This document shows, piece by piece, positions 47,686-58,037 of a stretch of DNA of 64,000 nucleotides; within the stretch, counting starts at the first letter, position 1; every line of letters starts with the position of its first letter. The stretch lies in the NCBI GenBank assembly GCA_041736895.1, contig JBGSSS010000062.1:8558-72557 (forward strand), written 5' to 3'. The stretch comes from Pirellulales bacterium. Its GTDB lineage: Bacteria; Planctomycetota; Planctomycetia; Pirellulales; JALHPA01. A model generated the notes under the pieces. It was not told the DNA's origin. It saw only the letters and a list, made by a program, of their open reading frames with translations, and did not search any database. A program made the translations under genes and the position numbers.

Positions 47686-50600
47686 AATCGTTGCTGCTAG
47701 TCCAAAAGAAGGCCGACAAGAAAAAGGAAGACAACCAGAAAGAAGAAAAGCCCGCCCCAACCGAGGAGCAACTCCTCCGGGATATCAAAGTTCCCGAGGG
47801 TTTCACGACCAAGGTCTTTGCCGCTCCGCCCCAAGTGGGCTATCCCGTGGGGCTCTGCGTCGCGCCGAATGGCGACGTCTACATAGCCAGCGATGAGAAC
47901 GGCTCACTCGGCGCTGGCCCGAACCGCGGCAAGATTTTTCGCTGCATCGATACAGACCGTGATGGCCGCGCCGACAAGATCGACGTCTTTGCGGTGATCG
48001 ACAGCCCCCGCGGATTGTTTCACGACGGCAAGCAGTTGTTCGTCCTTGCGCCGCCGAACCTGGTCTCGTTCACCGACACCGATGGCGATGGAAAGTCGGA
48101 CAAGCAAGAAACACTCGTCGCCGGCATCGGGTTCGATCTGAAATTTCGCGGCGCGGATCACACGACCAACCAATTACAAATGGGTGCGGACGGCTGGATC
48201 TATGTCGCCGTCGGCGATTACGGTTTTCGCAAAGCGACCGACAAATCGGGCAAGACGCTCGAATACCGCGGCGGCGGGATCGTCCGCGTGAAATCCGACG
48301 GTACGAATCTGGAAGTCGTCAGCCGCGGCCAACGCAACATCTACGACGTTGCGATCAGTCCCCTTGGCGAGCTCTTCACGCGCGACAACACCAACGACGG
48401 CGGCGGCTGGAATGTACGGCTCTCGCATGTCCTGCCCGGCGCGCAGATGGGTTACCCGTCGCACTTCCTCAATTACCCGGCGGAGCATTGGCCGGCGCTG
48501 GTCGATTACGGTGGAGGCTCGCCCTGCGGTTCGCTGTTTATCGACGAACCAGGTTTGCCGCCGGAAATCGGCCGGACTTTGCTGACGTGCGATTGGGGCC
48601 GCAGCGTGATCTATCGTCATCCTCTCAAAGCCGACGGCGCTTCGTTCACGCCCGAGGCGGCGGACTTCATCAAAATCTCGCGCCCGGTCGACATCGATTA
48701 CGACGGTGCTGGAAAATTCTACGTCGCGAGTTGGCGTGACGGCGGGTTCAAGTACAGCCATCCGTTCGTCGGCTATGTCGCGACGATCGAATACACGGCC
48801 GGCAAGTTCCAGCCGATGCCGGATGTGGCGAAGCTCGATGTCAAGCAACTCCTCGCCGAGCTGCGCAGCGACAGCCATCGCCGCCGGCTCTTCGCCCAGC
48901 TTGAATTGCAACGCCGCTTGTTTGGCGAAGTGAAACCCGAAGTTGCCAACCTTGCCGGCGGCAAAGAAGCTCCGGGCATGATGATGGAAGGAATGAAGAC
49001 GGAGACGATCACCAAGCTGATGGACCTGCTCTTTGATTCCAAAGCGTCGCTCGAATCACGCCTGGCAGTCGTGCCGTTGCTAAATGAGCACCTCAAAGAC
49101 GCCAACGAAACAGAGTGCCAAGAATTGAACGCTCGCTTTGAGACCGAAATCTTGGCGAAGAATGATCCCGGCGCGCTGGTAATCCCAGGACTGCTTGCTC
49201 AATCGCCGCTTTGTTCGTCCGGTCACACGCCGATTATCTACAAAGCCTTGCTCACGCACGATGACCCGCGAGTTCGACTGCAAGCCGTGGCAATCGCCGG
49301 CAAAATTCCGCAATCGCCGCTGTTGCTGCGGATGTTGCTCTCGCGCTTGACAGACGAAGACCGGGCGGTTGCGCACATCGCCGAGCGGTCGTTGCTGGGC
49401 TTGGCTGGCTATCCCAAAGCCCAGAGCGGCAACGAGCATCCGCAGAATCTCGAGAAGCAAAATCCCGAACTGCCTAGCAGAGTCGCCGACACGATTTCGC
49501 TCGGCCTGACCGATGAGAATCCGAAGCTCAGCGCGGCGGCGAGAATCTTGGCCCAGGTGAATCGCCCGGCCGTGGTCACGGACCTAATCCAGACACTCGG
49601 CAAGAAATCGCTCGCGGCCGAGCAACGCCAAGCGATCCTGACCGCGCTCTGTCGGCAGTACTTTGTCGATCAAGCGTGGGATGGCAAGTGGTGGGGAACG
49701 CGGCCCGACACGACCGGCCCGTATTACACGCCGGTCAAGTGGAGCGAAAGCGACCGCATCGCCGAGACCCTCAAAAGGCAACTGACCACGCTGCCGGACA
49801 CGGATCGCAAACACCTGCTATCGCAGGCGCTGAAGCACAAAATCGATCTGCCCGAGGTGCTCGCCGCGGCGCAGGAAGCAGCCGTGAGCGATGCCGATTT
49901 CCGCAAGACGATGGTTCCGGTCCTGGCCACGCGCAAGGAACTCGCGCCGCTCGATATCAAGGTGCTGGAACTGGCAGCCCGCGATGCGCAGCTCGAGGCG
50001 AAAATTCGCGCCTCGGCGATTAATAGCCTCTGCCGCGGTAAGTTCGATTCCCCGGCCTTCACCGCTGGATTTGCCGCTCTGGTTGAAGCGCTCGAGAATC
50101 CGAAGCCGGCGAAGGAATTGACCGATGCCCGCGATCAAATCCAACGCGATTCGAAGAACAGCAAGCAGTTCCGCCAAATTCTCGACCGCCTGAATACCGA
50201 TAATCGCGTGGAACGAGAATTGTTGTTTGCCATGTTATTGACCTCGGCCGCGGACCCCAAATTCGCGGAGAAGGACAAGTACGAAATCGAATCCCATTTG
50301 AACAAATCCTGGGATGAACCCGCACAAAGCGTCGATCTACTCAAGGCGATTGCCCGCACCAAATCGGAGTCGTTCAACGACGCCGTTCGGAAGCAGACAA
50401 CCGCCGCCGACAAAGACGTGCAAGCCGCGGCGCAACAAGCGTTCAAGGCATTGCAACTCGACAAGAAACCCGACGCTGGGCCGAAGATCGCCAATCTCTC
50501 GTTCGAAGAAGTCCTAGCCGAAGCCAAAAAACTTCCCGGCGATCTGGCCCGCGGTGAGCAACTTTTCACCAAGCAACAATGCGTGAATTGCCACACGGTC

Positions 50601-50954
50601 AACAAGGGCGATACGCCCAAGGGGCCGTACCTTGGCGGAATCTCCGCGCGCTACAACCGCACGGAACTGACCGAGTCGATCCTCAAACCGAGCGCCAAAA
50701 TCGCACAGGGTTTCGAAACGCAATGGTTCGAGACCGACGAAGGTTTGACCTTCGAAGGCTTCGTCACCCGCGAGTCCGGCACCGAAGTCGAAATCCGCAA
50801 CACGAAGGGCGAGCAGCAAATCGTCAGCAAGGAGCACATCGAAGAACGCGGCAAGCGCGAGCAATCGATCATGCCCAACGGTTTGCTCGATACACTGACG
50901 CCGGCGGACTTGGCCGCGCTGCTCAAGTATCTGGAATCGCTGCCAGCGCAGTAA
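47652..50954 (+). CDS. PVC-type membrane-bound dehydrogenase/heme c protein (propeller + HEAT + CxxCH), probably expressed as a ThuA fusion
   Basis: IKVPEGF, DTDRDGRADK, GADGWIY, GQRNIYD, DNTNDGGGW, CVNCH, GPYLGGI, SILKPSAKI, SIMPNGL; no ATG or signal peptide of its own. Confidence 0.85.
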   Translation, partial: KVTEPAASKPQESLLLVQKKADKKKEDNQKEEKPAPTEEQLLRDIKVPEGFTTKVFAAPPQVGYPVGLCVAPNGDVYIASDENGSLGAGPNRGKIFRCIDTDRDGRADKIDVFAVIDSPRGLFHDGKQLFVLAPPNLVSFTDTDGDGKSDKQETLVAGIGFDLKFRGADHTTNQLQMGADGWIYVAVGDYGFRKATDKSGKTLEYRGGGIVRVKSDGTNLEVVSRGQRNIYDVAISPLGELFTRDNTNDGGGWNVRLSHVLPGAQMGYPSHFLNYPAEHWPALVDYGGGSPCGSLFIDEPGLPPEIGRTLLTCDWGRSVIYRHPLKADGASFTPEAADFIKISRPVDIDYDGAGKFYVASWRDGGFKYSHPFVGYVATIEYTAGKFQPMPDVAKLDVKQLLAELRSDSHRRRLFAQLELQRRLFGEVKPEVANLAGGKEAPGMMMEGMKTETITKLMDLLFDSKASLESRLAVVPLLNEHLKDANETECQELNARFETEILAKNDPGALVIPGLLAQSPLCSSGHTPIIYKALLTHDDPRVRLQAVAIAGKIPQSPLLLRMLLSRLTDEDRAVAHIAERSLLGLAGYPKAQSGNEHPQNLEKQNPELPSRVADTISLGLTDENPKLSAAARILAQVNRPAVVTDLIQTLGKKSLAAEQRQAILTALCRQYFVDQAWDGKWWGTRPDTTGPYYTPVKWSESDRIAETLKRQLTTLPDTDRKHLLSQALKHKIDLPEVLAAAQEAAVSDADFRKTMVPVLATRKELAPLDIKVLELAARDAQLEAKIRASAINSLCRGKFDSPAFTAGFAALVEALENPKPAKELTDARDQIQRDSKNSKQFRQILDRLNTDNRVERELLFAMLLTSAADPKFAEKDKYEIESHLNKSWDEPAQSVDLLKAIARTKSESFNDAVRKQTTAADKDVQAAAQQAFKALQLDKKPDAGPKIANLSFEEVLAEAKKLPGDLARGEQLFTKQQCVNCHTVNKGDTPKGPYLGGISARYNRTELTESILKPSAKIAQGFETQWFETDEGLTFEGFVTRESGTEVEIRNTKGEQQIVSKEHIEERGKREQSIMPNGLLDTLTPADLAALLKYLESLPAQ

Positions 50955-51063
50955 AACACAGCTTGCAAATCGAATGTTGTCAGGTCTCGCTTGACAACCG
51001 GCTTAGCCGGAGCGTCCATGCCCGCCCTGTGTTTACTGCTCGCTACGCTCGTCATCGGCGGCT

Positions 51064-51375
51064 TTATCGATCGCGCGGCAGCTTCGGAAAAGAGTTCCGC
51101 GGATCGCGCCAGATGCTGCGCTCCTCCTCCGGCTCGTGAAAAAACTTCATCACGAGCCAGAGCGTTCCCAATTGCACGAGAAACAGCACACCCAGCACAC
51201 TTCCCGTCACCATCAGTCCGAGCGTCACATCGCCCATCCCCATGGTTGTCAGAAAACTGACAAACAACCCGATTACCGTATTAAAGAGCAGCAGCCCACG
51301 CAGACTGATCTGCGGCAATGGCGGCGGTTGGTCGTCGGGTTCGGAGTCCATTGGAATTGTGGCTTCTGCAGTCAT
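51064..51375 (-). CDS. Small hypothetical membrane protein
   Basis: PQISLRGLLL (planctomycete QFSLR-like motif) plus two TMs. Confidence 0.6.
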   Translation of the reverse strand: MTAEATIPMDSEPDDQPPPLPQISLRGLLLFNTVIGLFVSFLTTMGMGDVTLGLMVTGSVLGVLFLVQLGTLWLVMKFFHEPEEERSIWRDPRNSFPKLPRDR

Positions 51376-51441
51376 GTACGACGGACTTCTACTCCGTCGA
51401 ATAACCGAATTCTGTTCCGACGGACTAGAAGTCCGTCGAAC
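51376..51441. repeat. REP doublet (REPIN), family A
   Basis: GTACGACGGACTTCTACTCCGTCG ... CGACGGACTAGAAGTCCGTCGAAC. Confidence 0.85.
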
Positions 51442-51585
51442 GGCGACTTAATAGATACAATTGAATTCTAGCATGTTTCTTGTCGGCTGAAGCTCACGCT
51501 ACCCTTGACACTTGCGGATTGCTCCAGCGTTTGCCAAGATTCTACCAGCGACCGCACCTTCTCCGCATCTCTGTGAGCTTTCTCC

Positions 51586-53373
51586 ATGTCCGAATTTCCG
51601 CACTGGAACCTTGCGCCGATTTTTCCCGGGCTTGATAGCGAAGAATATCGCGCAGGCCGCATCGATTATGAAGAGCGCCTGGCCGCGCTCGAGTTGCTCT
51701 TTGATGAAAATCAAATCCGCCGCCGCAACATCGCCAGCCACGAAACGCCGGCGGTGCTCGGCGAATTGCTGGAACGGATTTTAACAGCAAGCAACGAGTT
51801 GTTCGTGCGCGGCGAGACGCTCGGCGCGTTCCTCCATGCGCTCATCACGACCGACAGCTATAACGCCGCGGCGGCCAAGGAAAACTCGGCGCTGGAAATG
51901 CTCGGCACACGCCGGCAACAGCTTGAAGTCCGGCTCAAGGGCTGGCTCGGCGCGCTCGCCAAGCAACTCCCGGAACTCATCAAAGGCAGTTCGCTCCTGG
52001 CTGAGCATCACTTCTTCCTCACGTTCACCGCCGAGCAGAGCCGGTACCTGATGAGCGAACCGCTCGAAGCACTCGCCGCCGAGTTGGCACTCGATGCGGG
52101 CACCGCTTGGGGCCGCTTGCAAGGCACCGTCACGAGCCAGCTCACGGTGAACTTCGACGGTAAAGAAATGCCGATCACGATGGTTCGAAACCTGAGCTTC
52201 GATCCCGATCCGGCAGTGCGCGAGCGTGCCTATCACGTCGAGATCGCCGGCTGGAAATCGATCAGCCCCACGGTCGCGGCCTGCTTGAACGGCGTCAAGG
52301 GAACGGCACTGACGCTCAACAAGCAGCGCGGGCGAGCCAGCGTGTTGGATTTATCACTCGAACAAAACCGCATCGACCGCGCGACGCTCGACGCACTGCT
52401 GGGGTCGATTCATGAATTCTTGCCCGAGTTTCGCCGTTACTTTACCTCGAAGGCGAAGAAGCTTGGCCACAAGGCGCTGATGTGGTGGGATCTGTTCGCT
52501 CCGATCGGCCACGCCGAACAGCGTTTCACGTGGGACGAGGCACGCCGCTTCATCGTCGAAAAGTTCAGCAACTTCTCGCCGGAGCTCGGCGCCTTCGCCG
52601 AACGCAACTTCGCCCAAAGTTGGATCGACGCAGAACCACGCGCCGGTAAACGGGGCGGGGCGTATTGCATGAGCGTGCCAGGCCGCGAAGAGAGCCGCAT
52701 TCTGATGAACTTCGATGGCAGCTTCGAGCAACTGATGACGCTCGCGCACGAGTTGGGCCATGCCTGGCACAACGAGTGTCAGACAGGCTTGCCGATGCTG
52801 CGCCGTGGTTCGCCGGCAACGCTGGCCGAAACGGCAAGCATCTTCTGCGAGACGCTCGTCGCCGAGTCATCGCTCGCCACGGCCTCGCCGGCCGAGCAAT
52901 TGATGATCCTCGAAGCGCAGTTGGCGAACGCAGCACAAGTTTGCGTCGATATCAGTTCGCGGTACCTGTTCGAAACGGCCGTCATGGAACGCCGGCCACA
53001 GGGCGAATTGAGCGCCGAGGAGTTCTCCGAAATTCTCCATGCCGCGCAGCGCGAAACGTATGGCGAGGCCGTCGCCGCGGGGACCTATCACCCGTATATG
53101 TGGCTGTGGAAAGGCCACTACTACAGCCACGACGATAACTTCTACAACTTCCCGTACGCCTTCGGGCATTTGTTCAGCCTGGGTCTCTACGCGATCTTTC
53201 AAAAAGAGGGTACGTCGTTCGTGCCGCGCTACAACGCGCTGCTCCGCGACACGGCGCAGGACATGGCCGCACCGCTCGCCGAACGCTTTGGTCTTAACAT
53301 TCGCGAACGCGAATTCTGGCGCGGAAGTCTCCGCGTGGTCGCACGGATGGTCGATCGGTACGAGACGCTGTAG
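51586..53373 (+). CDS. pepF: M3 family oligoendopeptidase F
   Basis: WNLAPIFPG, GKRGGAYC, TLAHELGHAWH, LAETASIFCE, FYNFPYAFG. Confidence 0.92.
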   Translation: MSEFPHWNLAPIFPGLDSEEYRAGRIDYEERLAALELLFDENQIRRRNIASHETPAVLGELLERILTASNELFVRGETLGAFLHALITTDSYNAAAAKENSALEMLGTRRQQLEVRLKGWLGALAKQLPELIKGSSLLAEHHFFLTFTAEQSRYLMSEPLEALAAELALDAGTAWGRLQGTVTSQLTVNFDGKEMPITMVRNLSFDPDPAVRERAYHVEIAGWKSISPTVAACLNGVKGTALTLNKQRGRASVLDLSLEQNRIDRATLDALLGSIHEFLPEFRRYFTSKAKKLGHKALMWWDLFAPIGHAEQRFTWDEARRFIVEKFSNFSPELGAFAERNFAQSWIDAEPRAGKRGGAYCMSVPGREESRILMNFDGSFEQLMTLAHELGHAWHNECQTGLPMLRRGSPATLAETASIFCETLVAESSLATASPAEQLMILEAQLANAAQVCVDISSRYLFETAVMERRPQGELSAEEFSEILHAAQRETYGEAVAAGTYHPYMWLWKGHYYSHDDNFYNFPYAFGHLFSLGLYAIFQKEGTSFVPRYNALLRDTAQDMAAPLAERFGLNIREREFWRGSLRVVARMVDRYETL

Positions 53374-53440
53374 TGTGGGCTTCAGCCCACACGTCATTTC
53401 GCTGAATCTTTTTTTACGCGTGGGCTGAAGCCCACGCTAC
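53370..53440. repeat. REP doublet, family C (its GTAG supplies the pepF stop codon); single copy also at 41106-41129
   Basis: GTAGTGTGGGCTTCAGCCCAC ... GTGGGCTGAAGCCCACGCTAC. Confidence 0.8.
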
Positions 53441-53443
53441 TTT

Positions 53444-54391
53444 ATGCTCGCGATCTCCTGTAAAAACCTCGTCAAAACCTACGACAGCAAGCCGCCGGTC
53501 GATGCCGTGCGCGGGTTGGATCTGGCAGTCGAGCGCGGCGAATGTTTTGGGCTGCTCGGACCAAACGGCGCGGGCAAGACGACCACGATCGAGATTCTTG
53601 AAGGCTTGCTTGCCGCGACCAGCGGCGAAGTCGAGGTCATGGGTCTGCGCTGGGGCCGCGACGACGATGCGATACGGGAGCAAGTCGGCATCTCGCTGCA
53701 AGAGACAAAGCTCTCGGAAAAGCTCACTGTCCGCGAAACGGTGCAACTGTTTCGCAGCTTTTATCAGAAACCGCTGGCCGCGGACGAAGCAATTGCCAAG
53801 GTTTCGTTGCAAGAGAAAGCCGACTCGCGCGTCGGCAAGCTCAGCGGCGGACAGAAACAGCGCCTCGCCGTGGCATGCGCGATTGTTGGCGATCCCCAGT
53901 TGCTCTTCCTCGACGAACCGACGACGGGTCTCGATCCGGCATCGCGGCGCGAACTGTGGGAGATTATTCGCTCGTTCAAAGCCGCCGGCCGTACGATTTT
54001 GCTCACAACGCATTACATGGATGAAGCCGAGCGGCTGTGCGATCGCATCGCCATCGTCGATCATGGCCGTGTGATTGCGCTCGGCACGCCGCGGGAGTTA
54101 ATCGCGAGCCTGGGCGGGGAGCATATTCTCGAGTTTACCCTCGAGACCGACAGCGCGGCGATACTCAATGGCGAACTCACCGCGTCGTTGCAGCAATTGC
54201 CCTCGGTAACGAGCGCCGAAGTTCACGATGGCCAAGCGCGATTGTCGGTCCGCGAGTTTCACGTCGCCCTCCCAGCGGTGGTGAATCTGCTGGCGGAGCG
54301 CGGCTACAAACTAGTGAATCTGGGGACGCATCATGCCTCGCTCGAAGATGTTTTTGTGAAGTTGGCGGGTCGGAAGTTGAGCGAGGAATGA
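53444..54391 (+). CDS. ABC-2 type transporter ATP-binding protein
   Basis: GPNGAGKTT, LSGGQKQR, LFLDEPTTGLD, TTHYMDEA. Confidence 0.95.
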   Translation: MLAISCKNLVKTYDSKPPVDAVRGLDLAVERGECFGLLGPNGAGKTTTIEILEGLLAATSGEVEVMGLRWGRDDDAIREQVGISLQETKLSEKLTVRETVQLFRSFYQKPLAADEAIAKVSLQEKADSRVGKLSGGQKQRLAVACAIVGDPQLLFLDEPTTGLDPASRRELWEIIRSFKAAGRTILLTTHYMDEAERLCDRIAIVDHGRVIALGTPRELIASLGGEHILEFTLETDSAAILNGELTASLQQLPSVTSAEVHDGQARLSVREFHVALPAVVNLLAERGYKLVNLGTHHASLEDVFVKLAGRKLSEE

Positions 54392-54455
54392 ATCGGCTAT
54401 GACGCAAGCGGGTGGGTAGTTCGACGGTACAAAGCACGACTTTTCTTAAAAATCA

Positions 54456-55532
54456 ATGTCCTCACGCTCCTGGTTCGAACACCCGTTGGCACAAATCGTC
54501 ATCGCACGCGTGCGCGAATTCACGCGTGAACCCGAGGCCGTTTTTTGGGTCTGCGGCTTTCCCATCATGATGGTGATTGCGCTGGGTCTGGCTTTTCGCA
54601 ATCAACGCGTCGAAGAGATCCAAGTCGACCTCGTCGGTGAACCCCTGCTCGTCGAACAAACGGCGAAGATCCTCAAAGAAGACAAGCGGATGAACGTCAC
54701 GCCGCACAAAGATGCGGCCGATGGCGAGCAACGGCTGCGCACGGCGAAGACGTCGCTGCTCGTCCGAGTTCTCGCTAGTGAGCAGACCGAACCCAAATTC
54801 ACTTACCAATACGAACTTGACCCCACGCGCGCCGAGAGCGTGCTGGCGAAAAGCGCGGTCGATGATGTCTTGCAGCGCGGTGCTGGCCGCAAAGACTCCG
54901 TGACGATCAAAGAGGTCGAACGGGCTGAGCCGGGAGGACGCTACATCGATTTTCTCGTGCCGGGCTTGCTCGGCATGAGTCTGATGGGGGGCGGGCTCTG
55001 GGGCATTGGGTTTGTCACGGTCGATATGCGGATTCGAAAACTTCTCAAGCGATTCCTCGGCACACCCATGAAGAAAAGCCAATTCCTCGGCGGATTGATG
55101 CTCGCGCGGCTGTTGTTTTTGCTGCCCGAGGTGCTGATCCTGCTCCTCTTTTCACACTTTGTCTTCGAGGTGCGAGTCGCTGGCTCCTATTTCGAGGTCT
55201 TGCTCTTGATCTTGCTCGGAGCTTTCAGCTTCTCCGGCATAGGACTGTTGGTGGCAAGCCGCGCGAACACCATCGAGATGGTCACGGGATTGATGAACTT
55301 GGTGATGGTGCCGATGTGGATCTTCTCGGGGATCTTCTTTTCGCCCGAGCGTTATCCCGATTGGATGCAGCCATTCATTCAGGCGTTGCCGCTCACAGCG
55401 CAGAACAACTTGCTGCGCGCGGTGATGCAAGAGGGCGACTCGATGTGGCAGCATCTGGTGCCGCTGGCCATTCTCTTGACCTGGGGGATTGTGACGTTTG
55501 CTCTGGGGCTCAAAATCTTCAAGTGGAATTGA
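54456..55532 (+). CDS. ABC-2 type transporter permease
   Basis: YIDFLVPGLLG, FSGIFFS, six TM segments. Confidence 0.92.
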   Translation: MSSRSWFEHPLAQIVIARVREFTREPEAVFWVCGFPIMMVIALGLAFRNQRVEEIQVDLVGEPLLVEQTAKILKEDKRMNVTPHKDAADGEQRLRTAKTSLLVRVLASEQTEPKFTYQYELDPTRAESVLAKSAVDDVLQRGAGRKDSVTIKEVERAEPGGRYIDFLVPGLLGMSLMGGGLWGIGFVTVDMRIRKLLKRFLGTPMKKSQFLGGLMLARLLFLLPEVLILLLFSHFVFEVRVAGSYFEVLLLILLGAFSFSGIGLLVASRANTIEMVTGLMNLVMVPMWIFSGIFFSPERYPDWMQPFIQALPLTAQNNLLRAVMQEGDSMWQHLVPLAILLTWGIVTFALGLKIFKWN

Positions 55533-55608
55533 TCGCCGTCGATTCCACGACACTTTGCCATCAAATTGACGACGACATCAATGCGCGATGATTCGTCCTA
55601 AATTTTGA

Positions 55609-55626
55609 TGGGCAAATTGTTTGCAT
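55609..55626 (+). promoter_or_regulatory. Possible sigma54-like promoter
   Basis: GGGCAAATTGTTTGCAT: GG-N10-GC spacing, about 90 nt upstream of ATG 55717. Confidence 0.35.
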
Positions 55627-55716
55627 CGCGCATGTCGGCTTGTTAAGTTGATAGCGACGAGGACCACACACGCTCCCAGCAAAGTGTTCCTTCTCTTCTC
55701 GACGCCAGGCGCGGCA

Positions 55717-57990
55717 ATGCACAAAACTCTCGACGTGGAAACCAAGCCGCTCACAGGCCGCGGGTTGGTGGTGTTACTCGCCTGTACGATTTTTGTCAGC
55801 GCGTTTTTGTTGTTTCAGGTGCAACCCCTGATCAGCAAGTTCATTCTTCCCTGGTTCGGCGGCAGCCCCGCGGTCTGGACCACGGCGATGCTATTCTTTC
55901 AATGCGTGCTCTTTGGAGGTTATCTCTATTCGCATGTGACCTCGACGTATCTCGGGCTGCAGCGGCAGACGCAATTGCACATCGTCTTGCTGATCGCCGC
56001 ATCGATCATGGCGACGTATGTGATCCCGATGGAATCACTCAAGCCCGTGGGCGAGGAGAATCCGACACTGAAAATCCTCATGCTCTTGGGGACTTGCGTC
56101 GGCTTGCCGTATTTCATGCTCTCGACGACCGGCCCGCTGATACAGTCTTGGTTCAGCCGCGCGTATCCCGGGGCGTCGCCCTATCGCTTGTTTGCGCTGT
56201 CGAATTTCGGTTCGCTGCTTGCGCTAGCGTCGTTTCCGTTTTTGTTCGAGCCGAATTTGGAATTGCCGCAGATGGGCAAGTTCTGGATGTATGGGTTTTG
56301 GATCTTTGCCGGGTTGTGCATCTACGCGGCGGTGCGCGTTTTGGGGATGCACTTGAAGCAGAAAGAACTGGCCGAACCCCGCATCGAGGAAAAGTCCGAT
56401 GCGCCGATGTTTTGGCAAAAGCTGGCGTGGTTGTTTTTACCAGCCGTGGCGTCGATGGTGTTTATTGCCACCTCGAACGAAGTCACGCACAATGTCGCGC
56501 CGACGCCGTTCCTCTGGATTGCGCCTTTGGGTTTGTATTTGATTACGTTCATTATCTGTTTCGATCACGAACGCTGGTATGTGCGAGGGATTATCGGCCC
56601 GCTCTGCATGCTTTCAGTTCTACTGCTTGTCACTTATGCCAAGAACTTGAGTTATGTACAGGAGCTAGTGCTTTATTTCACGGCGATGTTCTTCATGTGC
56701 CTGATCTGCCACGGCGAGTTTGTCAAACTTCGGCCGAAAAGCCACAAGTACCTCACCGAATATTATCTGTTTCTTTCCGCCGGCGGAGCACTCGGGGGCT
56801 TGTTCATCAGCTTCATCGCGACAAACTTTTTTGACGATTACCACGAATGGCCGCTGGGATTGATTACTTGCTTCATCATCGCCGGGGCGGTGCTCGCGGC
56901 GTCCTGGCATAAGCGATATGCAAAACCAACACTCACCGTGGGTGCTTGCGCCGCAACGCTTGCAGGATTCATCTACTTGGGCTGGATGCTGAATCCTTAT
57001 GCTGTTGGTGCGCCGGAACCCGGTTATGAATCCGTGGTTCTATTCAAAGCACGAAATTTTTATGGCACGGTCACCGTGCGAGAAAATCGATTTACCAGGA
57101 ATTTCTCGGCTGAAGAGAATAACGGCATCGCCCGCAGCGCGCGTGATAGTAACCGCGAATTCCGCAGCGGGTCTATTCTTCACGGCAGGCAATTGATCGA
57201 CCCTGAACACCGCAAGCAGCCGATTGCCTACTACCACAAAGATTCCGGCTCCGGCCAAGCGATCAACTACGTCCTCAAGAAGAATGCCGCGCGGCCGATC
57301 AAGTTCGCCGTCGTCGGGTTAGGAGCCGGATCGCTCGCGGCCTTCGCGCGCGGCCCCGAAGGAGATCGACCCGCTGACGAATGCGTCACGTATGAAATCA
57401 ATCCGCTGGTCGAAAAGATCGCGCGGGAATACTTCTGGTACCTCCCTGATTATGAAGCCCGGACGGGGAAAAAATGTGAAGTCCGGCTCGGTGATGCACG
57501 GCTCACAATGGAACGCGAACCGGCGCAGAATTATGACGTCATTATTTTAGATGCGTTTAGCGGCGACTCCGTGCCGGCACACTTACTTACCCGCGAGGCG
57601 TTTGAAATCTACAAGAAGCATCTCCGCCGAGATGCCGACGGAAAGATTCAGGGGATCATTGTGTTGAATATCACAAACAGTTACCTGAACCTTTATCCGG
57701 TGGTGAAAAACGCGGCCGAGCAAGTCATGCAAATGAAGTATACCAGCGTTTATCGAGAATCTTTTCCGCAAGAATACGCGCAGCGGACGCACTATTTCAT
57801 TATGTCCAACGACGAAGAATATCTGAAAGCGAATCCGATGGTGAAACGCCAAAAATATAAATACGTGACGGATGCGGAGGGAAATGAAAAGAAAGTCCCC
57901 ACAGGCGAAGAATACGACTACGACTGGAAAGATATCCCACTTTGGACCGATCATTACAGCAATCTGTTTAAGATTCTGCTCAACGATTGA
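55717..57990 (+). CDS. Fused MFS-like membrane domain/spermidine synthase-like SAM-dependent protein
   Basis: IFVSAFLLFQVQPLI, CHGE, VVGLGAGSLA, YEINP, LGDARL, LDAFSGDSVPAHLLTREAF, WTDHYSNL. Confidence 0.92.
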   Translation: MHKTLDVETKPLTGRGLVVLLACTIFVSAFLLFQVQPLISKFILPWFGGSPAVWTTAMLFFQCVLFGGYLYSHVTSTYLGLQRQTQLHIVLLIAASIMATYVIPMESLKPVGEENPTLKILMLLGTCVGLPYFMLSTTGPLIQSWFSRAYPGASPYRLFALSNFGSLLALASFPFLFEPNLELPQMGKFWMYGFWIFAGLCIYAAVRVLGMHLKQKELAEPRIEEKSDAPMFWQKLAWLFLPAVASMVFIATSNEVTHNVAPTPFLWIAPLGLYLITFIICFDHERWYVRGIIGPLCMLSVLLLVTYAKNLSYVQELVLYFTAMFFMCLICHGEFVKLRPKSHKYLTEYYLFLSAGGALGGLFISFIATNFFDDYHEWPLGLITCFIIAGAVLAASWHKRYAKPTLTVGACAATLAGFIYLGWMLNPYAVGAPEPGYESVVLFKARNFYGTVTVRENRFTRNFSAEENNGIARSARDSNREFRSGSILHGRQLIDPEHRKQPIAYYHKDSGSGQAINYVLKKNAARPIKFAVVGLGAGSLAAFARGPEGDRPADECVTYEINPLVEKIAREYFWYLPDYEARTGKKCEVRLGDARLTMEREPAQNYDVIILDAFSGDSVPAHLLTREAFEIYKKHLRRDADGKIQGIIVLNITNSYLNLYPVVKNAAEQVMQMKYTSVYRESFPQEYAQRTHYFIMSNDEEYLKANPMVKRQKYKYVTDAEGNEKKVPTGEEYDYDWKDIPLWTDHYSNLFKILLND

Positions 57991-58037
57991 ACGCGGAATG
58001 TACCAAGAAGAAAAACGCCTTGGCTTTGCAATGAAAT

